A stretch of 64,000 bases of DNA, taken from the NCBI RefSeq assembly GCF_009834535.1, contig NC_045696.1:20090001-20154000 (forward strand). Direction: 5' to 3'. Source of the stretch: Camelus ferus (taxonomy: Eukaryota). The notes beneath the pieces were generated by a model, which was not told the DNA's origin, made no database searches, and was given only the letters and a program-made list of their open reading frames with translations. Of this stretch, positions 37,894 to 51,461 are shown piece by piece. A program made the position numbers and the translations under genes. How positions within the stretch are numbered: position 1 is the first letter of the stretch; each line of letters begins with the position of its first letter.

Positions 37894-38545
37894 TGACAAT
37901 GCTGAACTTTACCTGAGCCTTTTGACTCCAAAAAACAGCGAAGGTTAAGAAATCCTACCCTGCCCACCCTTTTGTGTTCCACGGAAAGGTCTACTGTGAT
38001 GGACCACAATCGCCCCATGACTTAGAGAAGAACCATGGATGTTCCCTTTGCTTTCCTATAACAAAACCAGACCCCGACCTTCCACATTCTCATTCTTCGC
38101 TTCATAAATTAGAAGCTGTACTGCTTGCTCCCGCTGATCCATCAGAACAAAATGCTTGTTTGAAAAAGAACAACAAACAACACAACTTTGGTTAAGCTCC
38201 TCTCCTCCCCCAGGTCCCTGACTTTGGCTAGCATGCAACTTTGCTTTAACAGACTTCCTGAGAATAGGCTGGCCTCACAGTTATACATTCTCTGATCTCC
38301 TATCCAATCACGTCGCCCTTTCATCTCACTCCCCGGCATGCTGTTCCTTTTAACCTTGTTCATCTTTCTCTATAAAAGAAAACTATTTTCGCCTAACCCT
38401 TGAGATGCTCGAAAACCTTAGGATCAGAGCGTTCTCCCTATTACAATAATTCCTCTCCTCTATTGCAATAGTCCTTTTCACCTCGGCAGTAATCTTTTCA
38501 AATAAAATTTCTCCTTAGTAAATCCAGGTTTGTTTTTGTTTGACA
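37894..38545 (+). mobile_element. MER31-like ERV1 solo LTR
   Basis: 'tgacaatgctgaactttacctgagcc'...'gtttgaca'; perfect TSD atga (37890-37893 / 38546-38549); CCAAT 38304, TATAAAA 38371, AATAAA 38501. Confidence 0.85.
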
Positions 38546-38827
38546 ATGATGAAGAAAAAATGGAAATACATCACCTTCTTTCCCATTCTTATGTAACCTC
38601 TATGATAAAGTGTATGAAGGGAGGTATCATTGTAGTGCTAAAAAAAGAACATGAATAAAATGAGATCGTTTTATTCAGATCAAAATTGGCAGACGTTATC
38701 TAAGCCTGGCTGTAATGGTGGGTACCAGAGCAAGCAGGATGGCTCTGTCTCCTCTGTGAATATAGCAAACAATCTTTATGAACCTATACAGGGGACGAAG
38801 CTGGTAATAAAATGTTATTTTAGTAAA

Positions 38828-39000
38828 GTTTTTTAAATTTATTTTTTATTTATAGTGTTTTTAATTTTTAAAAATTTTGGGGGGTGATTAGGTTTATTTA
38901 TTTATTCATGTATTTATTTGTTAATGGAGGTGCTGGGGACTGAACCCAAGACTTTGTGCATGCTAAGCACAGAGTCTACTACTGCTATACCCTCCCCTTC
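38828..39000 (-). mobile_element. tRNA-derived SINE (camelid-type)
   Basis: Minus strand 'ggggagggtatagcagtagtagactctgtgcttagcatgcacaaagtcttgggttcagtccccagcacctcca' (A/B boxes) plus A-rich tail; 11-bp TSD attttagtaaa (38817-38827 / 39001-39011). Confidence 0.9.
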
Positions 39001-39791
39001 ATTTTAGTAAATTTTTCTTTAGCTACTTAAAAAATTGTGGTTCCTGCTTTACAGTACGCTATAACTACCTTGCATCATTCGTGATGAACAGTTGACAGGT
39101 GGCACTTATTTCTCTGAATAACCACTTTGAAGGAACGTGAATACCCTTCTTAATAAAATTTAGGATTCATTTCAATAGCACCCTTTTCAAGGAATTTTAC
39201 ATCCAGACATAGAAATAAAAGTTATGGAACGATATATTTGGTGGAAACAGGAAACACAGATGTTGTTAGGAAAATGTTATTATAATTAACTGAGATTACT
39301 CCAAAAAAAATGACTTAGAAAATAATCTTTAACTGGATTACGATTCTATCAAAAAAGTTAGGCAAAGTTTGAAGACTAACAATCTGCCGTCAGTCTACTC
39401 TGTGCACTCAGAGGAGAGAGAATCCCAGACAATGGAAGAACTCACCCATGCCAGGATATATAGGGTTTTTTCCACCCTAAGGACTTCCTGGCCACTCAGA
39501 CACCAAGAGCTTCCCAGCACTCATGGCCTCAAGGAATTATTGAGGAACAAAGAGACTTTCATCCCAGACTTGGGCCATCTCTGACACGAGATAAGGGACA
39601 CTTTCTAGAACTGTCAGGGATGGGGATTTCAGGAGCTTCTCAGCCATTCAAATATTTTTCTGCTTCATTCACTAGCAGGACATTGCTTTGAGAAGCATAG
39701 GTATTTTATATTCCAGATTAAAAACAGAATACGTGATTAGGAGAGAATGCATCAATCCTGTTTTAGGACATTCTCAAGTGAAACTGATCTT

Positions 39792-40030
39792 TATTTGTAT
39801 TTTTAATTGAAATATATTTCACATATAACATTGTATACATTTAAGGTGTACAACAGGTTGATTTGCTCCATTAATATATTATAATGGCCATTGGACCAAT
39901 AGTTAGCATCCTTTTCACATGACATAATCATCATTTCTTTTTTAGTTTAGGGAATAATTAAGATCTAGTCTTACCAAGTTTGATGATTATAATACAATAT
40001 GGCCATCTATGGTCACCATACTGAGCATTA
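39792..40030 (-). mobile_element. 5'-truncated L1MA-like 3' end
   Basis: 'ttaattgaaatatatttcacatataacattgtatacatttaaggtgtacaac'; TSD gaaactgat at 39780 and 40031. Confidence 0.85.
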
Positions 40031-40039
40031 GAAACTGAT

Positions 40040-40460
40040 TTTTGAATTATCGATTCTTCGGTATTCTCTTTGTTTTCTCTTTCCGGCACTCCACCAATTT
40101 GAATGTTGGAAATTACATGATTTTTCCAAGCCTCTTACACCTTTTTTCATACTTCACAATCCTTTTTCCCTTTGGGTGCAGTCTTCAATGAAATACCCCT
40201 GCTTGTCAGTTGACTTTTCAGCAATATCCATCTTGGTATTTAGCCTATATATTGAAGTTGTTGTCTGTTTGTTTGTTTTTAATTTCAAAAAACCCCGATT
40301 TTTATTTTATGGTGTTACTCTATTTGTATGTGCATGTTTAAAGCCATACTTCCTTTAAAATCTAATCTTCTCATGTTGTTTCTTTGTGTTTAAATGTTTC
40401 TTTTCACTGAGCCTGCTGTTCCTGTGCTCTGGGGTCTACTTTCCTGCCTTGCTCCAACAG
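40040..40460 (-). mobile_element. Old L1/HAL1 ORF1-region fragment
   Basis: 'attctctttgttttctctttccggcactccaccaatttgaatgttgg' antisense ORF1 pattern. Confidence 0.5.
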
Positions 40461-40488
40461 CCTTGATACTGTTTTGTGGGGATACCCT

Positions 40489-40907
40489 GCTGAGAACTGA
40501 GACTCCATTGCACAGCTTACTGTGGACATTAACATGCCTTTACTCTTCCGCTGACTTCATCAACTGAATGTTAGTATTACAGACAACTCTTGCCCACGAA
40601 GATAGAAATGACAATTTTATTTTTTGTTCCAGGAACTTACTGAAAAGTACATGTCAAGACCCTTTGTACTACTTGCCCTAAAATTCTCTCATTACTATGT
40701 CCACAACCCTTAGCAATTTTATAATGATTCTTACCCCATCCTAACCATGCCTCCACATTAAATGACCCACCTTAAACTAGACTTTAGAATCTCAATAAAT
40801 ATGTCTTCCTTGCTCCTCTGAGGTAGTTTTATTGTTACCATGGCAAGAAATGAGTTCAGGTTTGTCTCATTAACCTGTTTTGGTGATATTTAGCAAATCA
40901 GTATTCA
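40489..40907 (+). mobile_element. Old ERV1 LTR (MER110-like)
   Basis: 'tgctgagaactgagac' start; 'gacccaccttaaactagac...ctcaataaatat'; end 'tgttttggtgatatttag'. Confidence 0.55.
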
Positions 40908-42349
40908 TTATTGTTTATGATTAAACAAAATCTTAGGGATAAGGAAATACTGAATGTTTTGTGCTCTGTTTAGTGAGAGTATAGTCATTAAGCCCTGCTG
41001 CTGGCTGGGATGTCTGGTCATTGAGGAATCTCCCTTCTTTCTTTGAGAAACCAGGCTGGTTTCCTCTGTGGTACCTGGGACTTCACTGCTTTCTGATGGA
41101 AGTCACACAGCATTGTAACGCCTCACTCTCTAATTAGACTTCCACCCATAAACTAGAAATTTAAAAGTTATAATTAATTTATATCTAATTGTGACTCAAT
41201 CCTAATTGAGTTTAGACTATTTTTTAAAAAGGGCAAATAATTGGGTATCAGATCATTTTTTACTTATGGACAGGGGAATGTGATAGAGCAGAACGCCCCA
41301 GACAATAGTGGCTAACAGAAAAGTAAATGATTCTTTGAGAAGATAGGCCCCAAGGAAGTCATAACCTTGATTAAGATGGGCCAAATTTATTCTAACCTCT
41401 TTGGGGAAAATGGTTCTGAAGACTTCCCATTAAAAAATCACTCATATAGCTGTTTTTATTATAGAGATTCATTCTATAATTTGGTTTTAAAGGGATCTTT
41501 TCTTTGAGGAATCATTGTATTTCAGACACTGATTTTTTTCTGACTGAAACATTTTCTACAGATACTGTATTTTATAAAATACTTGAGGTTTCACTTTGTA
41601 ATATCTACTGTAAAAAATTGTAATATGTGTTGCAAAAAAAGCGAAAACAAAACCGAAAACATTTTCCTCTTTCCCTCTTCCATGCCTAAAATCTTGAGTT
41701 TGCTACTACTTATTTCATATATTGATTTACTGATAACTTGTCCTGAAGATTTAAGGTGACATATACGACTACTTTAACAGAGCAGGAAGATTTGTGTTTG
41801 GTCTTAATTTTCCAAATCAGCATTCTTCCTTCAAATAAGACCACTAGTAAATGCTTAGATTAATACAGTTAATATTTACCTCCATATAACTCCATTTGAT
41901 CTTGAAAAGTGACAATTTTATATGGTGTCTCCAAAGCTGAAAGGCTTCTTTGTTTAGATCTAATTCTAAAAAGGTCAGAACAACCTGAAACCATCAGTTT
42001 TCATCATTGGTAATTCTTATACTTGAAAGCCTGTACTCTATGACAGCATTTTAATCCATGTAACAGCATCATTTAAATACAGTTAGGAGGCTTCAATAGA
42101 AATGAGGAGAATTTTTTAAAATTGTCATTCACCTACAGTTACAACTTTCTTCCCAACACATTCCAATAATTTTCTGATTTTATTTTTTCATATTGATGAA
42201 CATTTTACTATTCAAAAAAGTGATTAAATAGATGAAGGATATAGAATAGCATTTTAAATTTTCAAGTCATTGATGGAGATAACAAGTAGCTTATATTTAC
42301 TTAGTCTTCTATGGTTTCTTAAGTAACTTCAAAATAGTATGGCTTCTTT

Positions 42350-42500
42350 TTCACTGAGCATACCTCTCTGATGTAGTTAGAAGCAATGATGTTATTCCCA
42401 ATTTTCAGATGAGTCAGTTAAAGTTGAAGAGATTAAGTGACTATTTAAGATCAAATTGCTAATTATTAAAGTTGGAAGTGACTCTTAGATGTTACCATTG
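42350..42500 (-). mobile_element. MIR fragment
   Basis: 'ttattcccaattttcagatgag...gagattaagtgactatttaagatca'. Confidence 0.7.
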
Positions 42501-42559
42501 ATATTAAAATTGTTCAGTTATTACCATAATTCATGTTATATATGTGCAAAGTATTTCTT

Positions 42560-43330
42560 TACTTGATTTTCTGACAGTGAAGGTTGCTTTACTTTTCATA
42601 CTCAGATCTCACTGTACTATTTCAATGTGAGAACACATTTTCTATATTTCTAGAAAAAAATGAAATCACTTTCTATTTGAATATAGATTCTCTTTCCTAT
42701 CTCTTTTCCTCATCGTCTGGTGTTCCTTTAGATGTATATCCAGGCTCTTATTCTGTCTGCTTCACTCAAATATTATTTTTAAACTCACTGTGACATGTTT
42801 TGGTATTTTCCTAAGATCTGTTGGCCAAATGATTAACTAATTAATGAGTAAATAATTAACCCTCTAGTATATCCCTTTTTCAGTATATCACTTTTTAATT
42901 TAAACACAGATATTATTTATTTCTAAAATGTATGAATATTAAAATGTTCTAGGCCCATGATGAACTCTTTCTTCTCTTGTCTCTTTGAGTAATTTAACTA
43001 TATTTATTGTAAAATAAGTTTTAGACTGTTTTAAACCTCTAGATTCCCGGTGTGCAAATTCACTTTCAGAGGAGAAGAGTCATGTCTATGATTTTCAGTG
43101 TTCTGTGTGAGCCCTTCTTCAAAGGAATTGTCTTCAGAAGGAGTTTCAGTGTTCCCTGGGTGATAGAAGTATCTCTGGGGGATGGGAGTGTGTTCACCTC
43201 TGCTGGGGCCTGTGTGAGATGGCCCAATGTCAAATTAGCATCAGCCTCACTTCCCTTTTGTGGTTTTCTCTGCTTGGCAGAGAAGTAGGGACCTTCCTTT
43301 TCAGAACCTCCTTTCCTGTAAAATTCTGGG
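42560..43330 (-). mobile_element. Very old L1/HAL1 ORF1/5' remnant
   Basis: T-rich; 'ttctctttcctatctcttttcctcatcgtctggtgttcct'. Confidence 0.4.
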
Positions 43331-43989
43331 TGATAATTTACCAATTAGAGAACCCATTCAATATTTAAAAGGTATTTTCATCCACACTCATGGGCAGACT
43401 GCAGAATCATGGTACCTTCTCAGTAAGCACGTGGAAAGCACTATTATTACTGCCACTGACTGGGGCAGCTGATAGGTGATACCAACCATTTAGTCCAGCC
43501 CCTGAGAACCACTTAATCTCGTATTAAATGAAGACTGAGGTTCGCTTCTCATAGGTCCCACCTGCAAGGGTCTTGGTGACAATTCCTTCAACCTTAGCTG
43601 CCCCAGCTTTCCTCATAATCATTTAATCCCAACGCATTTATTAAATCCATTATTTCATTAAAGTGACATTGTTTTCTTGATGGAATCAAGACTGATATAA
43701 GTCCCTATAGAAACCCTTTATGTCTGAACAATTTTTTCATTAGTTCTTTAAATAGAGGATTTGTCATCAGAAACATTGCACATTAGGCTTCTGTTTAGCC
43801 ACAGGTGACACTCTTTTTAACTCATAATCTTTCATTTCTGTTGGCTTCCTGGTAACAGTCGGCAGTGTCTTTCCCCACTCATGGTTAGGATCATTTATTT
43901 TGGTTTTGTCATGGTCCATGTCCTTGTATCCATCATCACTTTATGGACATTGAATATCCAGCATAGTTGGATTCTATAATCCTATATGT

Positions 43990-44118
43990 ATAGTGACTAC
44001 ATAACCGTGCATCCAAACCAAAAGACATCTGAGAGTATAAGGGGGTGGTATTTTTTAAGCCAGATAATAAAGATGCACTGGAATATCCCAGGCAAACTAG
44101 GGCACCTTATACACCAGC
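43990..44118. mobile_element. MER81-like hAT-Blackjack MITE
   Basis: 'catccaaaccaaaagacatctgagagtataagggggtggtat'...'tcccaggcaaactagggc'. Confidence 0.7.
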
Positions 44119-44519
44119 CACAGAACTTCCACCTTATTTCCTCATTTTGCTGCTACGGGCATCTGAACATCTCCCTTTGTTAACTTCAAGCTTGATTTTC
44201 TCACTCTCTCTCCTATAAATGATATATATAAAAGTATATATTTATATATATCACATATTATTTGTATGTTTACATATTATATTCAGTATTTGTATGTCTC
44301 AGCAGCAGAAACATAGCATTCTGTTATCATCTTAGCCAGATATCTGCTCCATGCCTCCTTCACTAATGCATATTACTTTTTCCAGGTAATACTGGTAATC
44401 AACAAAAGAGATTTCCTTATAATTGCTAACACAACAAATATATTTTACATAGTCTGCCACATCATTTATACTGATGACATGTTTCTGTGCAGAAAATCTT
44501 GATGCATGATAGCCATTAA

Positions 44520-44690
44520 AGAAAGCTCGAGAGACCCAGAAGCCTAGACCCCAATTCTTACTCTGCTTCTAATAAGCTGTGTAGCTGAAACGAGTTTCCA
44601 CAACCCTCAGTATGTTCCTCATTTGTAAAGTGTGGATTTCATCATCACTAGTATTGACTATCTCTTCTGCTTTAAAGATATTAGGTCTAG
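44520..44690 (+). mobile_element. MIR/MIR3 fragment
   Basis: 'ctctgcttctaataagctgtgt...ttcctcatttgtaaagtg'. Confidence 0.6.
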
Positions 44691-45979
44691 CATTCAAACA
44701 AATATGTTATTTTTATATGTACCAAAGAAAACATATTTCAGAGATGGTCTTGAGTCTAGAGGAAATGATATTTGCCCTTTGATTATTAAAATATGACCTC
44801 CAAAGAGATCTGGGTTTTGCAGCATCAAATTCTTTCATGAGTCTGGAACATATGCCTTTGACAGCCCTGTCAGTCTGTGAGCTTGGCTACAAAGCCTAAT
44901 CAGGTTTCAAAGACTGTCAAGGAATGACAACTCAGGCTTAGCTAAACTTGCTGTCACCTCAGTTTACCGCTGTCCTGGGAAATAAGGAATTTCACATAAA
45001 GGATACACAGGATGAGGATGTGCGTGGGGGAAACAGCTCCTGGTGCCTCCCAAGTGCCTTCCTGAGGGAGACTGAGGTAAAGTTCATTGCTGAATAAATA
45101 ACATGTAGGATGAAAAATTAAATAGGTCAGAAAAAATTACAGTGAGCAAGCTGCCTTTTGTAACTTTCAGCTAACATGGGGATTCTGTCTCTACTGAAAA
45201 ATAAGTCTTTCCTGCCAAAGTTTCATACTTCAGAGGAATGTTTCCTTCTGGCCCATTTGGTACTAAAGTGGCCTTGATTATGGCCTACCACAGTATTTTT
45301 GGTAGTCAGATATAACTTTGCAAAGTTATTACATTTAACTTTATAAACAATTTAAGAAAATAATACACTTTACATTTTTGAAGCAGTGGCATGGTTAGCT
45401 TTGAGTCTTGCTGAGTGAGAACTACACGGTAATTATATTTTAAATTGGATTTTCTTTGGATTTTACTACACAAAAAAGGACACATTAAGTATGTTACAGT
45501 CTAGGATGACCTAAGGTAATTAAAATAATAATACTTATAACAGTTATATATTCTAATATTAGTAAATAATAATTATATTTTTTTACTATGTGAATGTTAA
45601 TGACATAAACCAATACTTAGTAAAATACTGTGCAATTTAGCTATAATTCAATAGATCAATCATAGCAATAATAACTATTTTTTAAACCAAATTCTAATTA
45701 ATAAAATTGTGAGGGAAATACAGAGAAGATGGACTGTATCTGTCTTGTAAATAAAACATGTCTTTAAGGTGTTCAAAATTGTTGAATTTATCCAAAGTCA
45801 ATTATTCACAAAGACGCTTGTATATTTTTTTGACACTCAAAAAATGATATAGTCACATAAAATTGGAATGTGCTAACTAGGTACCCAGTATGAGGAATAA
45901 AGAATTGAAATTAATGTAGATTTAAAATCCGGCTCACTGGTTTTCCATATAATCTGCCATATGTACCCTTGTTAATATT

Positions 45980-46468
45980 TGTGGAATATTAAAGCTGGCT
46001 ACAAATTCTTTGACATTTTCCCTCCTGAGCTGATATTCCTTCTACTTGAATATGGGAGATTTCTATGACTGATTTGACAGATATTTAGAAATAATGCTGT
46101 GACAGTTTCTAAGCTCAGGCCTTAGAAAAGTGGCAATTTCTACTTCTTGCCTTTTGGAATAATCTCTTTTAAAGCCCAGCCATGTCCGAGGAAGAGCCAC
46201 ATATAGCTTCAAGGAGATGCCCATTAGAGAAGGAGATGAGACCCACGGCTGGCAACGCTGGCTCAGGTCACAGCCACAGGTACAAGTCATCCTGGAAGTG
46301 GACTCCACAGCCACAGTCTAGCCACACCAGTGACACGCTGTGGAGTAAAGTCCCACATTCCACCCTCATTCTGCCATAACTGCAGATCTGTGATCAAAGT
46401 AAGTAATTATTCTTTTAAGCCACTAACTATTAAGGCAGTTGTCTACACAGCAATGGACAACCAAAAGT
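45980..46468 (+). mobile_element. MLT1 (F/G/H-like) MaLR LTR
   Basis: 'ggctacaaattctttgaca', 'ctcaggccttagaaaagtggcaatttctacttc', end 'ttttaagccactaact...gttgtctacacagcaatggacaacc'. Confidence 0.8.
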
Positions 46469-47257
46469 GTAAAGTTCGCAACACGTGACATTGCTTTATG
46501 TGCGCTCAGTGCGGTTCAGTGAATAGAGCATTCCTTTCATTAACTTAGAATATTCTGTCAGTCTCTGTTTGTGACTGAGACACAGCTAAAATAGCTGACA
46601 TTTTTTTGACCAAAATTTTTTATACATAATGTACGTACTTTTAGTATTTGTCTATTATTTGATATAAGGATGTTGAACATTTGCAAGGGTATATGAGAGT
46701 CTTCACCCCAAAATGTATAAGCAACCTGGATCTAGTTAAGACTTTTCCAGGAAGGAATTGGTACCATATATCACACAATACTGAACGCCCATTTTAGGGG
46801 CAGAGAATTACCTATGATACTCGAGAGAATAAACAACAAACTTCATATCTGTTTTGTTAACTTTTCCTTATCCTTATTATGTGCTATTACAGTACTGGTA
46901 GGAGGCTGAATTTGGGAGGAATCTGAACTTTCAAAAAAATTTATTTTCAAACAATACATACTCATTTCATCACAGTCACATTATTGTCAGCTATTGAAAT
47001 ATCATGAAGTAGTTAAAGTTTCTCAGTGGTCTGCACACCAGACACTTTGCCACTAGACAAATTACTCTGGGAGGCCTACGCAGGAGGCTTTAACTAAGAG
47101 AGAGAGGTAGAAATGACAGAGTTATGGACATAAAGACAGAGACAGAGATAGAGACAGAGAGACTGTGACAAGGATAGAGCTGATTTCCTAGCTACAGAAA
47201 AGATTTTATTTAAAAAATGATTCTGAATTATTCAGTTTTTGTATGTATCATCTTCCT

Positions 47258-47427
47258 CTTTTTTTTTTTTTTTTTGCTTTGTAATTAATAATTTATTTGT
47301 GGAAGATATTTTGACATGATATAATTATCCTGTTCTTCATCAAACTTTCCTCAACTTTTTTAAAAATAAAGTATAGTCAATTACAATGTGTCGATTTCTG
47401 GTCTACAGCACAAAGTCCCAGTCATGC
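47258..47427 (-). mobile_element. Very short L1 3' end with probable 3'-transduced flank and poly(A)
   Basis: 47362-47427 is homologous to the L1 end at ~59020; unique 47276-47355; T-run 47259-47275; imperfect TSD atcatcttcct / atcgtcttct. Confidence 0.7.
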
Positions 47428-50110
47428 ATCGTCTTCTAAAATCACATGTGTATTCAGGTACATCTCTGTCTCTGCCTGCTATGTACACACAAACTTATGC
47501 TGAATCCTTCCAGATTTTCAGATTGGCTTTTAGCCTGAGGCACTGTGAAACTAATTTTTCACTGAGAAATATATAAGAATCTGGAACCAAAGAAAATTCT
47601 GAGTAGAAATTTCTCGTAAGAACACCTAAAGACTTGAGTTACAGTAGAGAGTTAATTTTGTTTTAAACCCACATCTTTGGGAAATTAATCTTAAAGCTGG
47701 AATGCCAGCCTTAATTGTAATTAATTTAATTATAATTGGTATACATTTGAGGTACTACAAATTCCCTACCTTGCTTTCAGATTTTTATGCTCTTAGGGAA
47801 AAACAGCACAGGAATTTCCCTCAGAACACATTCCCTCAGGACAGAACTTTGGAACATATTTGGTTTTCTGAATATTTCTTTTGGAGGACATTTCCTTTGT
47901 AGACCATACATTTTAAGAAGCTTGCAAATATTGTGAGTTTCACCATTTTCATCATTCTTTTCATTTACATGTATCTGTATTTTTCTTTTTTGTTTCCAGC
48001 CATTCCCGTCTTTCATCACTTAATTGTGGACCTAGCCGATACTCTGGTTCTGTTTTCTGTTTTTCATTTGCCTCTTAAGCTTATTTAAAAAAAAAACAAA
48101 ACTGAAAACAATAGAAAACAAATGAAGGCACCGTTTTCAGTTTACAGCTGGGATTTTTCACAGCATGTAATACTAACTGCATCTGTGCAGAAAGTCCACC
48201 ATATGGGTGGGATGGGAATCATTTAATTTAGTTCATATGCATAAAGAAAGTGAAAAGTTGACTATATTTTAGATCTTGCCAAAGTCAAGCAACAGTAGAG
48301 CTAGGAACAGAATCCAAAAAGTTTCATAATCAATCTTATGTTCTTGGTAAGCTACTCCATTTTTTAAGACTGTTCACTTGTACACTCAAGTGATCATTCT
48401 CTTACTTTGTAAATACATTTTAAATTCTTTTTATACATATTAAACTATATAAAGAGTAGATTTTATTTATACTTTTTAATCTTTGAAGTTATATATTTTT
48501 AAGTCATATATTTGAAGTTCTTTATAAAATGTCTCAAATATGCAATTTAGAGGATATTAAAATGTATATAATACATGAAATGATTTAATCATTTATGGAA
48601 AACAATCACTGTATACTAAATGAATAAAGGCACAATTTTAATTTAGCCCTAACTAATGTAACTTAGCTAATATTAATGCTGTAGAGATTAAAGAAAGTTC
48701 ATGAGAGCTGATGCTGACAAATGGGACATTGTAGGGACATTTGTCATCCAGAGATAAAGGGCAGAGATGATTGAATGTGGGAAAGATCATCTGCAGAGTA
48801 CAGACCATAAACCTATGGAGCAAATTTACTGTTATTATTTTCAACAAAGTCACTCAAAATATTTCACTCACTTTGTAAGAATAATCTTTCTGCAAGTTAT
48901 TTCAGGGATTATTTCAGCAAATAAGCCTTTGGGTTTCTCACCCATCATATGGAGATAATGCTACTAGATGGCATTGCTGTGAATATTAAATGAAAATATG
49001 AACATATGTTCTATATCTTATTGAAGGAAACAACTTTTAGGCATATTTTTCATCATTTAAAAAATGTTACTACTATGGAAAAATGTCTCTTCTCTGAAGT
49101 CTTGTTTTCTTATAGGAGAACCATCACAACCATGAACCTAGAATTCATTATGTAAAACTAAAACAAAGAGACTCAATCACATGTCTTTAAAAAAAAAAGA
49201 TGCTTCTTGTATACAAATAAGCATTATATTAATGAATTTACAATGTAGACGTTGTACATGGTAATATCTGTTTGCTATAAAAGCTTCTCAAGCAGGCTAC
49301 ATTAAAGCAAATGTTAGGCTCAATCAACACTTTTCACTGCCATGTTTTCATAATTGATAATTTAATTTAAATGAATAATTCAATAAACTAATGAAAAATA
49401 CTTATGAAGAATCATTTACTCTGTTGAAATTAAAATAGGTGGTTGTGGTCAGACCACTACGGCCCCAGCCCTAATAAACCCCAAGAAACCCCACATGGGC
49501 CCTGCTGACTGCAGTGTAGCTCCACAACAAAGGTCAGCAGAAGGTGGGGTAGTTATCAATTGGCTATGAGGGACAATGGAGACTCGGATGCAAAAGTAGC
49601 TGCTATGGCTGGCCCTTGCAAAGGTAGCACATCAGAGGCAGCCTGGACCACGGTCTGTGGCCAGGTCACCACAGCCTGTTTGCCACATTATGAGCTGAAA
49701 GCCTGCTTGGGACCCTATTGCTCCAGTGTTGCTCCCCTCTGGGATGAGAGTGCTGGTGCTGAGAGAAGATAGAGCACAGACTTAAAGAGAACAGAGCTGA
49801 TTCAGACCCCATCCTCAGGACTTCTGCTCCATCAAATTGGGATCTGTATCAGCCCTCACTAGGGCAGTGATGGCCACTAAGGGCAGAGGAAGCTGTGCCT
49901 CACATCTGGCTCCAGCCCCACCTCCTACCAAGGTGATAGCTGCTGGCACACCCTGGCATGACTTCTACTCATGTCAAATCCAGCTCTCCCACCAAAGGTA
50001 TTGGGCACACACTGACTGTATAAAGATGGTACCACATAAGGACACCCCTTCAAGACAGCAGTAGGTAACTGCTTCACCTAAATTCACAGAATCAGAGAAT
50101 TTCAAGCAAA

Positions 50111-50972
50111 ATGAAAAGACAGAGGAGCTGGTCTCAATTGAAAGAGCAAGAGAAAAATCCTGAAAAATCAATAATAAAACAAAAATAAACAATGTACCAG
50201 ATAAAGAATTCAAAGTATTAGAAAAAAGAGTGGCAACTGAATTAGGGAAAAGTATAGATAAACACAGTAAGAATTTTAACAAGGGACTATAAAATATAAG
50301 AAAGAAAACCATCCAGAACTAAAGAATACAATAACTGAAGTAAAAAATACACTAGAAGAAATGAACAGCTGACTAGGTGATACAGTAGAACACTTGAGTG
50401 ATCTGGAATACAGAATAATGTAAATCGCCCAGTCAGAACAGAAAAAAGAAAAACAAACTTTAAAAAATGAGAGCAGTTTAAGAGATCTCTGGAATGACAT
50501 AAAATGTACCAACATTTGTATTTTAGAGGTACAAGAAGGAGAAGAGAGAGAGAATGGAGTCAAAAAAGTATGTGATGAAGTTAGCCTGAAAATATTCCAA
50601 GCCTGAAGAAGGAAATAGATATCCAGGTACAGGAAGCACAAAAGTTCTCAAACAAGAAGAATCCAAACAGATTCATACCAAGACATATCATAATTAAAAT
50701 GACAAAAGTTAAAGAGAGGATTCTAAAGGCAGCAAGAGAAAAACAGTCATATAAAAAGGAACCCTCATAAAGCTATAAGCTGATTTTTCTGCAGAAACTT
50801 TGCAGGTCAGAAGGCATGATATATTCAAAGTGCTAAAAGGGAAAAATCTGCACTCTAAGATACCCTACTCTAAAATAATCATTTAGAATCAAAGAACTTT
50901 TCACAAAAACAAAAACTAACAGCTATTAATACTAAACCTACCCTAAAAGAAATGTTAAATGTTCTTCTCTAA
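50111..50972 (+). pseudogene. L1 ORF1 remnant (frameshifts and stops)
   Basis: ATG AAA AGA CAG AGG start; 'ataccaagacatatcataattaaaatg', 'attctaaaggcagcaagagaaaa', 'gctgatttttctgcagaaactttgcagg'. Confidence 0.8.
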
Positions 50973-51461
50973 GTGGAAAAGAAAGGCTATATAACAAGAA
51001 GTAAGAATCTATAGGAAAGGAAAAATCACACCAGGAAAGGCAAATGTATATTAAGAGCTGAGGCTTAACAAATTATATAAGCTAGTAAGAAGAATAGAAG
51101 ACAAAAAATTGTTAAAGAAACCATAACTACAATAAATAGTGAAGGAGTAAACACAAAAATGTAAAATGTGACATCAAAAAGACAAAATGTGGGAGAGGGT
51201 AGTAAAAAAGTTAGATCTTTCAGAAAGTGTTTGAATTTAAATGACTACCAGTTTAAAACAAGTAGATATAGCTATAGGTCAATATATATAAGCCCCACGG
51301 TAACTACAAATCAAAAAACCTTCTGCAGATACATGCAAACCACAAAGAAAGGAATACAAGCATACTACTAAAGAAAACCATCAAACCACAAGAGAAGAAA
51401 CAAAAATAAGAAGACATAAACAGGGAAGAACTACAAAAACAACCAGAAAACAATTAGTAAA

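Noticed and set aside
47975..48050. Strong acceptor-like 'ttttcttttttgtttccag'
   Set aside because: No convincing donor or recognisable reading frame follows
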